A stretch of 64,000 bases of DNA from Laetmonice hystrix. Taxonomy: Eukaryota. The stretch spans positions 10,354,001 through 10,418,000 of the forward strand of contig OZ249444.1 of the NCBI GenBank assembly GCA_965235115.1. The letters are read 5' to 3'. The notes under the pieces were generated by a model that worked only from the letters and a program-made list of their open reading frames with translations, made no database searches and was not told the origin of the DNA. Position numbers and translations under genes: made by a program. Positions 27,261-40,542 of the stretch are shown in pieces (position 1 is the first letter of the stretch; each line of letters begins with the position of its first letter).

Positions 27261-28697
27261 CAGGGATGAAAGTGGCCAGCTGTAAAATTTCCTGAAATTC
27301 TGACCGGGGGGGGGGGGGGGGGAGCGGCGGGGGCCAATGTCCATAATTAATATTTGTTCATGCGCACATCCAAGGCTTACCCCCCCCCCCCCTTAAAAAA
27401 AGTCAGGCTAGGAACAGCAGACAATCATGATCCGATAAGGCCTCCTAGCTATTATATATTATAGGGCCTAGCCCTCAGTATTTAGTCGCCACCCCCCCCT
27501 CAACCCCCCACCCCTGCAAATTTGCTGGATAGACTCCATCACTCATCAGTCCATGCCCCTGTTCAAGGCTGTTGCTTGCCTGTCACTCAGTCACAGTCAG
27601 TGTCAACCTCTGCCTGGCTCTGCCGTCTCTCTCCAACATTGGAATCCAGTCGGCTTTTTAGTTTTAGCGTCCAAAATGCAACCGATTACGTTGTCAAACA
27701 GCTTCCATGTGTCCATCAGTCTTGACCCTCAGCAGTCACGACCCTCAGCGGCTCTCAGCCAAGCAACACAGGCTTCGCTGAGTCGAGTGGTTCAGCCCGT
27801 GTGTCCATGTGCCACTTATGTTGTTGTGAAAATTGTCACTTCCGGTCTTATGAGGACACCTGCACTGATCGACAAATGTAATGAAAAGTCCTGACAACCC
27901 CAAAACTTCAGTGAAAACCACTTACGTAATGCCACTATCCTCAAATTTATATGCAAGAACACATTATGAGAACTTACTGACATATATACTAGGCAGATTC
28001 ATAGAACTAAATTGACCCAGTTTCCTGTGAGGAGTGACATTGTGATGGTGCATAGTTCGTCAGCCTAATCACTTTCACCGGGACTAGACAGACCGGTCTG
28101 TCTATAGTCTCGTTGCTATCACTAAGTGAGCGCTCAGGCAAAACTCGCGCATGGATATGGCATAATGGCAAGCCTGAATCAACGGGCTTCGCAGCTGCCT
28201 GACCATCAGTTTTGCCTGAAGTCATTACCTGAGGTGAGTCGCTCTCACCACAGCGACACGGGGCCGTGCCTGCCAGACGGGACAGACGCCACCGCGTGCC
28301 GGTAGAAGTCAGCCCACGCGGGCCGGTCTATGTGAGCGATGTCACCACAGCTACAGGGACCAGCACCCCCGGCAGACCGGCCTATGCACGGTGGCACCCG
28401 TGACACTGGACGGGTTTGAGACACTCTAATATCCCCATCTTTAAACGAACTTTGGCAGGTAGAGATATATTGAGCTGCATGGTGGTGTTAAAAAACGTCC
28501 TGGAAGGGGATATTGTTTCATTTGATATTAATTGCCCACCACACAGTCCAGGGCAATACTTAGCCTTGGCTTAGGCCTACCTCTTTTGCCTATAGATCTA
28601 GGCCTATTTCCTTTTTTGGGTGTTATTTCTCGGGGGGGGGGGGGGATTTTTTCAAATTTCCTGATTTCAGGAAATTTCCTGAAAACTTTCATCCCTG
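27261..28697. mobile_element. non-autonomous DNA transposon, 1437 bp, CAGGG-ended (hAT-like) with a 6-bp TSD
   Basis: 13-bp perfect TIR CAGGGATGAAAGT (27261-27273) / ACTTTCATCCCTG (28685-28697). It is flanked by a direct repeat ATAGAT (27255-27260 and 28698-28703). AAATTTCCTGAAA motifs and G-runs lie near both ends. No transposase ORF was seen inside. Confidence 0.8.
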
Positions 28698-31539
28698 ATA
28701 GATGTTATACGTTCTCATAGTTTGAGAACACTTCATTTTATATCAGGACATGATCCCTACATCTTGACTTAATTACTAAACAGCCATTCAAGATTTATGA
28801 ATTTCTTACTATTAATTTAGAACCACCATTTTGTAACATTTGCTGAAACCATCAGCTAACCCCTTCATTCCGATTTGAAGTTAATTTCTCAGTCCTGGAT
28901 ACTGTTGGTTCTATGATGCCAATCTGAAGCTGCTGTAAACATTAGTTGTCCCCTATAGAACCAGCTGTATCCAACCATTGCCTTATCTCCTCCGTTAGAA
29001 GATGTGCCCCCTTTGATCTGGAGCGATATGTCTCATTAGTTTTCCTACTGAATGAGTTTCCTGCCTCCATCCTCCAGCTGGGCTACCTTACTTTTGTAAC
29101 CCTGTCGTATCTGGATGTGTTTTCATCGCTCAGTCCCTAACATTGTTTGGTGAAGCGCTGCCATGATGGATGCCAGGAGTCGTTCAGACAGCTCCCCTAC
29201 CCAAGCAACGTCCGTGAACGGTGTCCCAATCCCACCTAGAAACTCATGTCCCTTCTATTGCTTTTAAACCAATTTATTAACTACCCGGTGGTCTACAGCT
29301 TTTTAAAACTACTTATAAAAATAGTGGACGTTACCTATATACTCCCCCAATGCATGCGACGTCTCTAACAGTCCTTAAAGGGTAATTTTCCAGATTCATT
29401 GACATTAACTATGAGAACATGACGTGAGATCAACTGCTCCAGTCGACAAGTTGACACCGAGTGGCCAGACCTTTAAAAACATTAGTCTCTAATTGAGTAG
29501 AAGAAAGCCTTTAACAATAAAATGTGCCGCTGGAAATCTGACAAAACTCAACTCCATGTCAAACGCTTATCTGTTTTGTACCAGATAGAAATAAAAGAAA
29601 ACACTGGCGTCTGCAGATACTCCCAGCACTAATTAGTCTTGAAAGGTCTGCAGTCTAAAACTAGCACAAAGTTCGTGCCTCTTACAAAAACTTCCCATCT
29701 TTTGGCGATGTTGTTTCCTGTTCCGAGTGCTAAAACAGTCTGGCGACGCTGAGTAGAAAATATCAAAAACAAAAAGAATACAACGGATCCACCAAACTCA
29801 ATTAGCACAGGTCTGTTTCGAGACTCCTTCCCATGAGCCTCTCGGTTCTCTCAAGGCTCACGGGAAGGAGTGTGGTCTGTTTCCTACTCCTATAGTCATT
29901 ATAATGGAAGTTTGATCTACTTACAGACTGCCCGATAGTTTACCTATAAACTCGACGATCAGAATGGAACATACCTGTAACAAACAACAGAAAAGGATCA
30001 TAAGTAATGGTCACGGTTCCTGATAATCCACATGTAAATCAACATTTTATGTGCATTTAAAACAAATCAATCGAAGCGACTGGTTTCTGGCAGCCAGGTG
30101 TGTCACATGGTAAATGATTCTGTAATTAAATCACAGGAACACTCCCGAATGCGCCTTAAACGGTGTCAAACGGGAAAGTCACAAATTGATATAACCCTTC
30201 TGGAAAACTCAGCAATACAGAATCGTTATGTCATGTTTGCCACCATTATCAATTTCTCCAATGTCACGTTTTTAATTACACCTCTGACCTACGCTGAAAC
30301 ACACACCGACCTGTGAGGGAGCAGTCAAACAAGGTCACTTCCTGATTTCCTCTCATTTTCCCAGCGGCAGCACCTACGATTGACCTTGGTCTAACCTTGA
30401 AATAACCTTCCATGATCTGCCTTTATAGACAGTTGACATTCCGAGACGCCATCACGCAATCCCTTCCCTGAACTGACTACAGCCCTACACTTTCAACGAC
30501 AAATGTTCACCAAACTCCAAGGGACCTCAAAACATATCTACCATAACCATAACAATACAGATCTGTTTAACATATCCCCTTATTAAACTTTATAGCCTTA
30601 GATTATTACTATTAAACATGAACGACAGCAGGTGGCATCTGCACAAATGGGAAAAGAGTCAGAAGAATGCTGGCTTGTTGCCATGGCTTGGCATCCCCGC
30701 TGACAACCTGGGTCACGTCGGGGTCAACTTTCTCTCTTGTAATTTCCGTTTGTATTTTTTTATTAATCGGCGTGTGAACATTACAACAGTTATGGTAAAT
30801 CGCTCTCATGACATCCGGGTAAGACATGACCTACTTACTCGTCCTTGCCCATAAGTATGAGGAACAAGGTTACTCCCCCAATGTCTCTGAGCCTCAGGGA
30901 AAGAGAGAAACAAAGAACATTGATAGATCCTTAAAACACACAGATTCGTCATGAAAGAACGGGTTACCGGTTCAATTGGCAACAACTGGGAAAAAGATAG
31001 CCGTGGAAAAGTCCAATTTGTTTCTGGAGACATGTCTTGAAGACATACTTGTTCTTTCAAAAACCGACAACTGCTTGTGCCCAAGGAAATAAAAGATTCA
31101 AGCAATTTAAAGTCACGGCTTGGCGTTTCTGTATCATGGTTCTTAATTTTACATTCACCTAAAATCAACCTGTTTTGCGTGTTTGAGTCTCTGCTCAAAA
31201 TAACCTCAAACGTGACAGTCGAGTAGGCAGCGCATGCCTTCGGGGTTCCATCTGCCGACTGGCATCAGCTGGCAACCTTTGGCTACCAGCATTTGTGACG
31301 GGATTGCAACAATGTCCTGTGACTGCTGACCTTTCGTGACTCTACAGGGATCCTCCAAAAACAGACAACAGGTCCGCTCAGGGAGCGATTATTCCTTTAT
31401 TGCACTGCTCAAGTACTGACACTGATGCTCAGGTTCAGACAATGACGTCCGAACTGCGAGAACCTGGTGTTCACAAACTTCTTAATTGATGGACGTCTAC
31501 ACAAACAACATTCTGACCAAAAAGTTGTTTATAATCAGT

Positions 31540-31680
31540 GCTGGGAGGATCCAAGCGAAAGGGTAAAGGAGGACCTTGCTAAAGGCAATGAGAGAAGATT
31601 GTCAGCACTAGGGATCGAACCCAAGCCGGCTGTAATCAACACCTCAGATCTAACCCAAGCAGTTCGTACAGAAAACACTT
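31540..31680 (-). mobile_element. probable degenerate tRNA-derived SINE fragment
   Basis: The minus strand reads ...GGCTTGGGTTCGATCCCTAGT... (B-box-like), followed by CCTTTAGCAAGGTCCTCCTTTACCC, which resembles a CORE-type SINE body. The A box is poor and the boundaries are approximate. Confidence 0.3.
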
Positions 31681-32539
31681 GAGACTAACTTACGCATCTG
31701 GTGCGGAACAAACTTAAAACCGACCCCAAATGGTAGGCACAAGACACTTGAAATATTTGCACAATCTTTACCCTATGGAAGGTACTTTACCCAGAAGGTG
31801 CTGAACCCCTGATCCATGGATCAGGTGTTTCAAATTCCTACAGCCTATCTCCCAATTACGTCTGTCTTTGATGTTTTTAACACTGAGCACCGTACCGCTT
31901 GGATTGGGTACAAACCCATTCATCCATTCTTCAGTCTGACATGATGATTCACTCTATCCATGTAAATTTCAGGCAAGTTCAGGCATGAACCAAGAGCCTT
32001 AAACCTAAAGTCTTTGTACCCAACGTTGGTCTAAATATACTTCTTACGCGCTATTTGGGCACCAGTATCATCAGACTGGGCACCTGTAGACTACATCACC
32101 TGTCACAACATACATTACAACTGTCAGCTTCTTGCCTGTCTAACAAAGGGCTATAAACGTCAAGTAGCGGTATAATGGTATATAGCCTAAACAACATGAC
32201 AGCTCTCCCAAACACCCAACATGTCGACTGTACCAAGTCGGTGATGGACGACAGGCCGTGCTCCAAGCTTTAACTCACATCCCAACAAATAAATGTCCGT
32301 CTTCCTAAATACCGGTCATTTCAATTTCTGATTTAGGGATCTGAAGGATGGGTTTGAACTAGATATACCTGACATGTAGATTTTAAAAACTTACAGATGC
32401 TAATTAGAAATTATTCCTTATGAGTTAAAAACAAGAAGAACCCGACAAAACCTTGAAATGGCTTTCGGACGGTGATTTAAGAGTTAAAGTTGTCACGTAG
32501 TGTCGGGGTGTAAAGACAAAGGTGGCTGGCAGCAAGATT

Positions 32540-33159
32540 TCTCTCAGTCTGTCATGGACAACCCATCGGTTCAGGTTCACGTATCTCTCAGTCTCTCATG
32601 GACAAACCACCGGTTCAGGTTCACGTATCTCTCAGTCTCTCATGGACAAACCACCGGTTCAGGTTCACGTATCTCTCAGTCTCTCATGGACAAACCACCG
32701 GTTCAGGTTCACGTATCTCTCAGTCTCTCATGGACAAACCACCGGTTCAGGTTCACGTATCTCTCAGTCTCTCATGGACAAACCACCGGTTCAGGTTCAC
32801 GTATCTCTCAGTCTGTCATGGACAAACCACCGGTTCAGGTTCACGTATCTCTCAGTCTCTCATGGACAAACCACCGGTTCAGGTTCACGTATCTCTCAGT
32901 CTCTCATGGACAAACCACCGGTTCAGGTTCACGTATCTCTCAGTCTCTCATGGACAAACCACCGGTTCAGGTTCACGTATCTCTCAGTCTCTCATGGACA
33001 AACCACCGGTTCAGGTTCACGTATCTCTCAGTCTCTCATGGACAAACCACCGGTTCAGGTTCACGTATCTCTCAGTCTCTCATGGACAAACCACCGGTTC
33101 AGGTTCACGTATCTCTCAGTCTCTCATGGACAAACCACCGGTTCAGGTTCACGTATCTC
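32540..33159. repeat. 44-bp minisatellite, about 14 copies
   Basis: Unit TCTCTCAGTCTCTCATGGACAAACCACCGGTTCAGGTTCACGTA, nearly identical copies; unrelated in sequence to the 44-mer at 24.4 kb. Confidence 0.98.
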
Positions 33160-36100
33160 CCTCGATCTTCTCTCACACTGTGGGAAAAGTTCACATCTGT
33201 TTGCATACTTACATGTTCTTTTGTTTTCTGATCTCCTACTCTGAGATTGGCAATGGATATCTTGGCTGTTTTAAAACCCTTTTAGATGGCACTTAGCTGA
33301 CAGGGTCGGCGCTCTAGGGGACAGGCCAGACATTAAGCCTTGTTTTATGGACTTGTAGTCACTCTCACTGCATTGGCGCCATTGTTACGATGGCATGAAC
33401 AGAGATCGACATTAACATGTACTCCCTGGACTGTAACAGAGGCAGTTCCAGAAAAGTAAAGATAAAGATTAGAAAAACAATTTCAATTTTATTCTAGGTA
33501 CCTTTATTCCAAAAGACGCACCAAAATTATTCATAATATAATATAATATAAGATAATTATTGATGATAAAAGATCTATAACGTTTATCTGAGCCAAAGTC
33601 TTGATTTCTGGTTCTATGTTTCTTTTGACACACTAGAACTTGTTGAAGTGGATGAAAAATGGAGGCAAGCATATGGTGAACATAATAATCATTGTTGGCA
33701 GAACCCGTACAAAGGTCACTGCCTCCAATAAAAGTTTAGCTACTACGACGAAATATTCTGTATTCAATTTTTCAATGTTTACTTTTTTATAATTTCATGG
33801 AATGGGAATCTTAAAACAATAAACAAAAAGGTAATGCATTAAGTTGATTAACGTAGGACGGTCTCACAAAGATCCAATCAGATGTAGAGAAGATATGGAT
33901 TTTATAAAACAAAACCAAATGCTGCGAAATTCAGAGAGAGACTGGGGGAAGACGAAAAAAACCCGGGTTTCTGGTTTGGTTGAGTTTGCCTGATGTTCGA
34001 GGTACGAGTCGGTTGTAAAGGTCAAGTCGACCCTTAATGTAATCGTACACAGAAGATGGGGCCACAAGTTCAAAGTTCAACATGTGTTCAACATGATGCT
34101 TCTCCAGCAGACGGTCGGCTTCCGCAAGGATTTACAAATTCTCCCGGCATCGTCTGCTTTGATCGGAGATCACGTTAACCAGAGGTTATCTACCATGTAA
34201 AACAGCTCATCCCTGTCTTAACCCCACCCCACAGGGTCTGCTTGATGTTTTTACGTGGCGATCTTACATTTGTAGGAGGGTGATCTGGTTCTGATTAATT
34301 CCACGTTTCGGTGTTTAGGGGAACGCGCCCCCTTGTAAATACTTCCGGGTCAGCGGTCACCTGCTCTACCGGTGTGTTCTGTTTAATACCAACAGATAAA
34401 TGTCTTCGACATTAATACCAAACTGTCCGCCAAAAAGTTTGAAAGTTTCAGAGACTGACATTTCAAGCTTGGAGACACGATTGTATTTAAGGAAACGTGA
34501 ATGCCAGCTTTCTGTGTTCTTGCTCAGTCTTTATTCATATCAGCTGGATCCTCTTTATGGCTCTGATTATTTCCCCTGATGCATGCATGACCTTTAACTA
34601 GGCTTCAAGTTTCCCAATAACTTTCACAAATATCCGTCAATGTACATTTTCACCAAACAAAACTATTTTTAAAAGAAGACAGGACTGCTCCCATTGTTCC
34701 TCGTTTCTTTTTATTCACTATAATAAACATTTCGTTTCTAATGTGCTGGTAAAATCGCACTCAATACACTAGAATATCCACCCTTTAAGGCATGTTAAAC
34801 TTGAACACGAATTCGTAGACAGTGTCCTAGCAGTTTAAATGGCTTTTTGTGTGGGCCACGTTCAGAAACAAATGTCAAATATGTAACATGGCCTATGTCA
34901 GTACGACTCGTGTCACTGTGGAGGTGAGTGTTTTAGTACATACCAAAGGCAAAGTCGATGACAACCTGACGATCATGAAACGCCCAACCCATAACGGAGT
35001 GCGGCTCCGGGGAAAAAATATGGACTGTCAGGAATGCTACGGGAGCGACGGGACCCGGGCAAAGGGGAGATTGAGGGGGTTTAGGAGCTAGCTGTGTTAA
35101 ACCATTCAGTGAGTTCACTGCCCGCTGCCACCTTACATCTTTTATAGTTCTAATCCTCATATAACATGGAAATGACAAAACGAAGAAACTGTTTCATTAG
35201 ATTATACAGAGAATGGGGAATTAACAATATAGGCTTTCAACAAATCTGTCTATTTGATCAATATATTGCTAATTCAACTATAACTTTATAACTCGGCAAC
35301 AGGATCAAAATAATCTATCTGCATAATAAGCAATTATCATCAGCTCCTAATTGTATTACATTTCCACAAAATCTCCATCAGATAATGCATTATGGATGGC
35401 AATTATTAACTTATATCTCAAGTAGGTGTTTATATGCTTGCTGTTACATCAGGACAGCAGAAATCTCTCCCAGTCTAACAAACATTCCGATCTTGGCATA
35501 TTATATAGAAGCACAACTGAACGTACTGTACACGTTCTTATAACGTCTTGGGTCTCAGTTTTCCGACTGTTTTGTCGTCAGTTGGTGTTAACATGCAATC
35601 CATCACTTTGAATGTAAATGAGGTGACAATCTACACTCGGATCTCTGGAGTTGTGTCAAAGTCGGAGTGGAAATGGCCAAGAGGTGGGACAGCTTCTTGA
35701 CGCTCCTGAACGGGGGGCTGTCTCTCTCTCACACACACACCTGACATCATGAACTCCACACAGCCCTAACCGCTCTTCATTTTTTCCTTCCAATTTAATT
35801 TTGTGTCAATGAAATTGCCAGTTAGGGCAGGTACTATGACCCCTGGCGGTGACACCGAAGCAGAGCGCAACTTCATTTTACGGAAAGGTTTGGGGGGCGT
35901 CTTTTTCTACTTTGAAGTCCTACCTGGGGCCTCCCGTACGGATGCGTCGTGGAAGGGGGGGGGGGGATTCTGTATGGATGTCACATATAGGAAGCTTGTT
36001 ATCGTCCCTGCCATCGCACGGCCATGGTTCGGTGAACTGACAAGTCACACTCCAGTGATGTCACCTTCAACCCATCTTTCATGTGCTCAACTCATTTAAA

Positions 36101-36622
36101 GGCTCTGTGCAGCGATGTTTCCAACTTTAACCATCTTCACTTCAATCACTTATTTCATTATTTACCCACACATATTTATACACTCAGGAGATGGCAAAGG
36201 TTCATGGATTAAAGAAAAAGAAATTATATTTAGGGCAAACAATAATGACGTATAGAGTAGACCTTGCCAATTAGGACAATCTACGATCTACTCATGCAAG
36301 GATGACGTTATCCTAAGCTGGATAGAAATCCCGCTGTGAGAATTCGCACAAAGATAAGGTGTAGAACTTATCACTATGACCCTGTCATGTCTAATATACC
36401 AACAAGGCTTAGAACATTATTCTATGTTAGAAGTATTTCCTATGTAATCCCTACCTATAGAAATTAACGGGACAGGATTATCCGGCATACTCTTATCCCA
36501 ATCGGATCAATAGTTCTGTATAATTATGTACAAACATAACAACCCTACTTGTCATGTCATCAGCCCCACAAATCTATCCCCGGCACTGATAACATACTAG
36601 GATCAAAACCTTACTCATTTTC

Positions 36623-39600
36623 ACCTCACTTGGTTATGATGTATCTAGTGATACTCTGAGTCAGTTGGACTTCACGATCTACATGTACTCCAATGTGGAA
36701 TGTAACCTCCCTTGGTTATGATGTATCTAGTGATACTCTGACTCAGTTGGACTTCACGATCTACATGTACTCCAATGCAGAATGTAACCTCACTTGGTTA
36801 TGATGTATCTAGTGATACTCTGACTCAGTTGGACTTCACGATCTACATGTACTCCAATGTGGAATGTAACCTCCCTTGGTTATGATGTATCTAGTGATAC
36901 TCTGACTCAGTTGGACTTCACGATCTACATGTACTCCAATGTGGAATGTAACCTCCCATGGTTATGATGTATCTAGTGATACTCTGACTCAGTTGGACTT
37001 CACGATCTACATGTACTCCAATGTGGAATGTAACCTCCCATGGTTATGATGTATCTAGTGATACTCTGACTAAGTTGGACTTCACGATCTACATGTACTC
37101 CAATGCGGAATGTAACCTCCCTTGGTTATGATGTATCTAGTGATACTCTGACTCAGTTGGACTTCACGATCTACATGTACTCCAATGCGGAATGTAACCT
37201 CCCTTGGTTATGATGTATCTAGTGATACTCTGACTCAGTTGGACTTCACGATCTACATGTACTCCAATGCAGAATGTAACCTCCCTTGGTTATGATGTAT
37301 CTAGTGATACTCTGACTAAGTTGGACTTCACGATCTACATGTACTCCAATGCGGAATGTAACCTCCCTTGGTTATGATGTATCTAGTGATACTCTGACTC
37401 AGTTGGACTTCACGATCTACATGTACTCCAATGCAGAATGTAACCTCCCTTGGTTATGATGTATCTAGTGATACTCTGACTCAGTTGGACTTCACGATCT
37501 ACATGTACTCCAATGTGGAATGTAACCTCCCTTGGTTATGATGTATCTAGTGATACTCTGACTCAGTTGGACTTCACAATCTACATGTACTCCAATGCAG
37601 AATGTAACCTCCCTTGGTTATGATGTATCTAGTGATACTCTGACTAAGTTGGACTTCACGATCTACATGTACTCCAATGCGGAATGTAACCTCCCTTGGT
37701 TATGATGTATCTAGTGATACTCTGACTCAGTTGGACTTCACGATCTACATGTACTCCAATGCAGAATGTAACCTCCCTTGGTTATGATGTATCTAGTGAT
37801 ACTCTGACTAAGTTGGACTTCACGATCTACATGTACTCCAATGCGGAATGTAACCTCCCTTGGTTATGATGTATCTAGTGATACTCTGACTCAGTTGGAC
37901 TTCACGATCTACATGTACTCCAATGCGGAATGTAACCTCCCTTGGTTATGATGTATCTAGTGATACTCTGACTCAGTTGGACTTCACGATCTACATGTAC
38001 TCCAATGCAGAATGTAACCTCCCTTGGTTATGATGTATCTAGTGATACTCTGACTAAGTTGGACTTCACGATCTACATGTACTCCAATGCGGAATGTAAC
38101 CTCCCTTGGTTATGATGTATCTAGTGATACTCTGACTCAGTTGGACTTCACGATCTACATGTACTCCAATGCAGAATGTAACCTCCCTTGGTTATGATGT
38201 ATCTAGTGATACTCTGACTCAGTTGGACTTCACGATCTACATGTACTCCAATGCAGAATGTAACCTCCCTTGGTTATGATGTATCTAGTGATACTCTGAC
38301 TCAGTTGGACTTCACGATCTACATGTACTCCAATGCAGAATGTAACCTCCCTTGGTTATGATGTATCTAGTGATACTCTGAGTCAGTTGGACTTCACGAT
38401 CTACATGTACTCCAATGTGGAATGTAACCTCCCATGGTTATGATGTATCTAGTGATACTCTGACTCAGTTGGACTTCACAATCTACATGTACTCCAATGT
38501 GGAATGTAACCTTCCTTGGTTATGATGTATCTAGTGATACTCTGACTAAGTTGGACTTCACGATCTACATGTACTCCAATGCGGAATGTAACCTCCCTGG
38601 GTTATGATGTATCTAGTGATACTCTGACTTAGGTTGGACTTCACGATCTACATGTACTCCAATGCGGAATGTAACCTCCCCTGGTTATGATGTATCTAGT
38701 GATACTCTGACTCAGTTGGACTTCACGATCTACATGTACTCCAATGTGGAATGTAACCTCCTTGGTTATGATGTATCTAGTGATACTCTGACTCAGTTGG
38801 ACTTCACGATCTACATGTACTCCAATGCAGAATGTAACCTCCCTTGGTTATGATGTATCTAGTGATACTCTGACTAAGTTGGACTTCACGATCTACATGT
38901 ACTCCAATGCAGAATGTAACCTCCCTTGGTTATGATGTATCTAGTGATACTCTGACTTAGTTGGACTTCACGATCTACATGTACTCCAATGCAGAATGTA
39001 ACCTCCCTTGGTTATGATGTATCTAGTGATACTCTGACTCAGTTGGACTTCACGATCTACATGTACTCCAAGGAATGTAACCTCCCTTGGTTATGATGTA
39101 TCTAGTGATACTCTGACTAAGTTGGACTTCACGATCTACATGTACTCCAATGTGGAATGTAACCTCCCATGGTTATGATGTATCTAGTGATACTCTGACT
39201 AAGTTGGACTTCACGATCTACATGTACTCCAATGTGGAATGTAACCTCCCATGGTTATGATGTATCTAGTGATACTCTGACTCAGTTGGACTTCACGATC
39301 TACATGTACTCCAATGCGGAATGTAACCTCCCTTGGTTATGATGTATCTAGTGATACTCTGACTAAGTTGGACTTCACGATCTACATGTACTCCAATGTG
39401 GAATGTAACCTTCCATGGTTATGATGTATCTAGTGATACTCTGACTAAGTTGGACTTCACGATCTACATGTACTCCAATGTGGAATGTAACCTCCCTTGG
39501 TTATGATGTATCTAGTGATACTCTGACTCAGTTGGACTTCACGATCTACATGTACTCCAATGCAGAATGTAACCTCCCTTGGTTATGATGTATCTAGTGA

Positions 39601-40542
39601 TACTCTGACTAAGTTGGACTTCACGATCTACATGTACTCCAATGCAGAATGTAACCTCCCTTGGTTATGATGTATCTAGTGATACTCTGACTAAGTTGGA
39701 CTTCACGATCTACATGTACTCCAATGTGGAATGTAACCTCCCTTGGTTATGATGTATCTAGTGATACTCTGACTCAGTTGGACTTCACGATCTACATGTA
39801 CTCCAATGTGGAATGTAACCTCCTTGGTTATGATGTATCTAGTGATACTCTGACTCAGTTGGACTTCACGATCTACATGTACTCCAATGCAGAATGTAAC
39901 CTCCCTTGGTTATGATGTATCTAGTGATACTCTGACTCAGTTGGACTTCACGATCTACATGTACTCCAATGCAGAATGTAACCTCCCTTGGTTATGATGT
40001 ATCTAGTGATACTCTGACTCAGTTGGACTTCACGATCTACATGTACTCCAATGCAGAATGTAACCTCCCTTGGTTATGATGTATCTAGTGATACTCTGAC
40101 TCAGTTGGACTTCACGATCTACATGTACTCCAATGTGGAATGTAACCTTCCTTGGTTATGATGTATCTAGTGATACTCTGACTCAGTTGGACTTCACGAT
40201 CTACATGTACTCCAATGTGGAATGTAACCTTCCTTGGTTATGATGTATCTAGTGATACTCTGACTCAGTTGGACTTCACGATCTACATGTACTCCAATGT
40301 GGAATGTAACCTCCCTTGGTTATGATGTATCTAGTGATACTCTGACTCAGTTGGACTTCACGATCTACATGTACTCCAATGTGGAATGTAACCTTCCTTG
40401 GTTATGATGTATCTAGTGATACTCTGACTCAGTTGGACTTCACGATCTACATGTACTCCAATGTGGAATGTAACCTCCCATGGTTATGATGTACATTGTA
40501 TCTAGTGATACTCTGACTCAGTTGGACTTCACGATCTACATG
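36623..40542. repeat. 82-bp minisatellite, about 48 copies (3.9 kb)
   Basis: Unit CTTGGTTATGATGTATCTAGTGATACTCTGACTCAGTTGGACTTCACGATCTACATGTACTCCAATGCAGAATGTAACCTCC, varying at a few recurrent positions. Confidence 0.99.
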
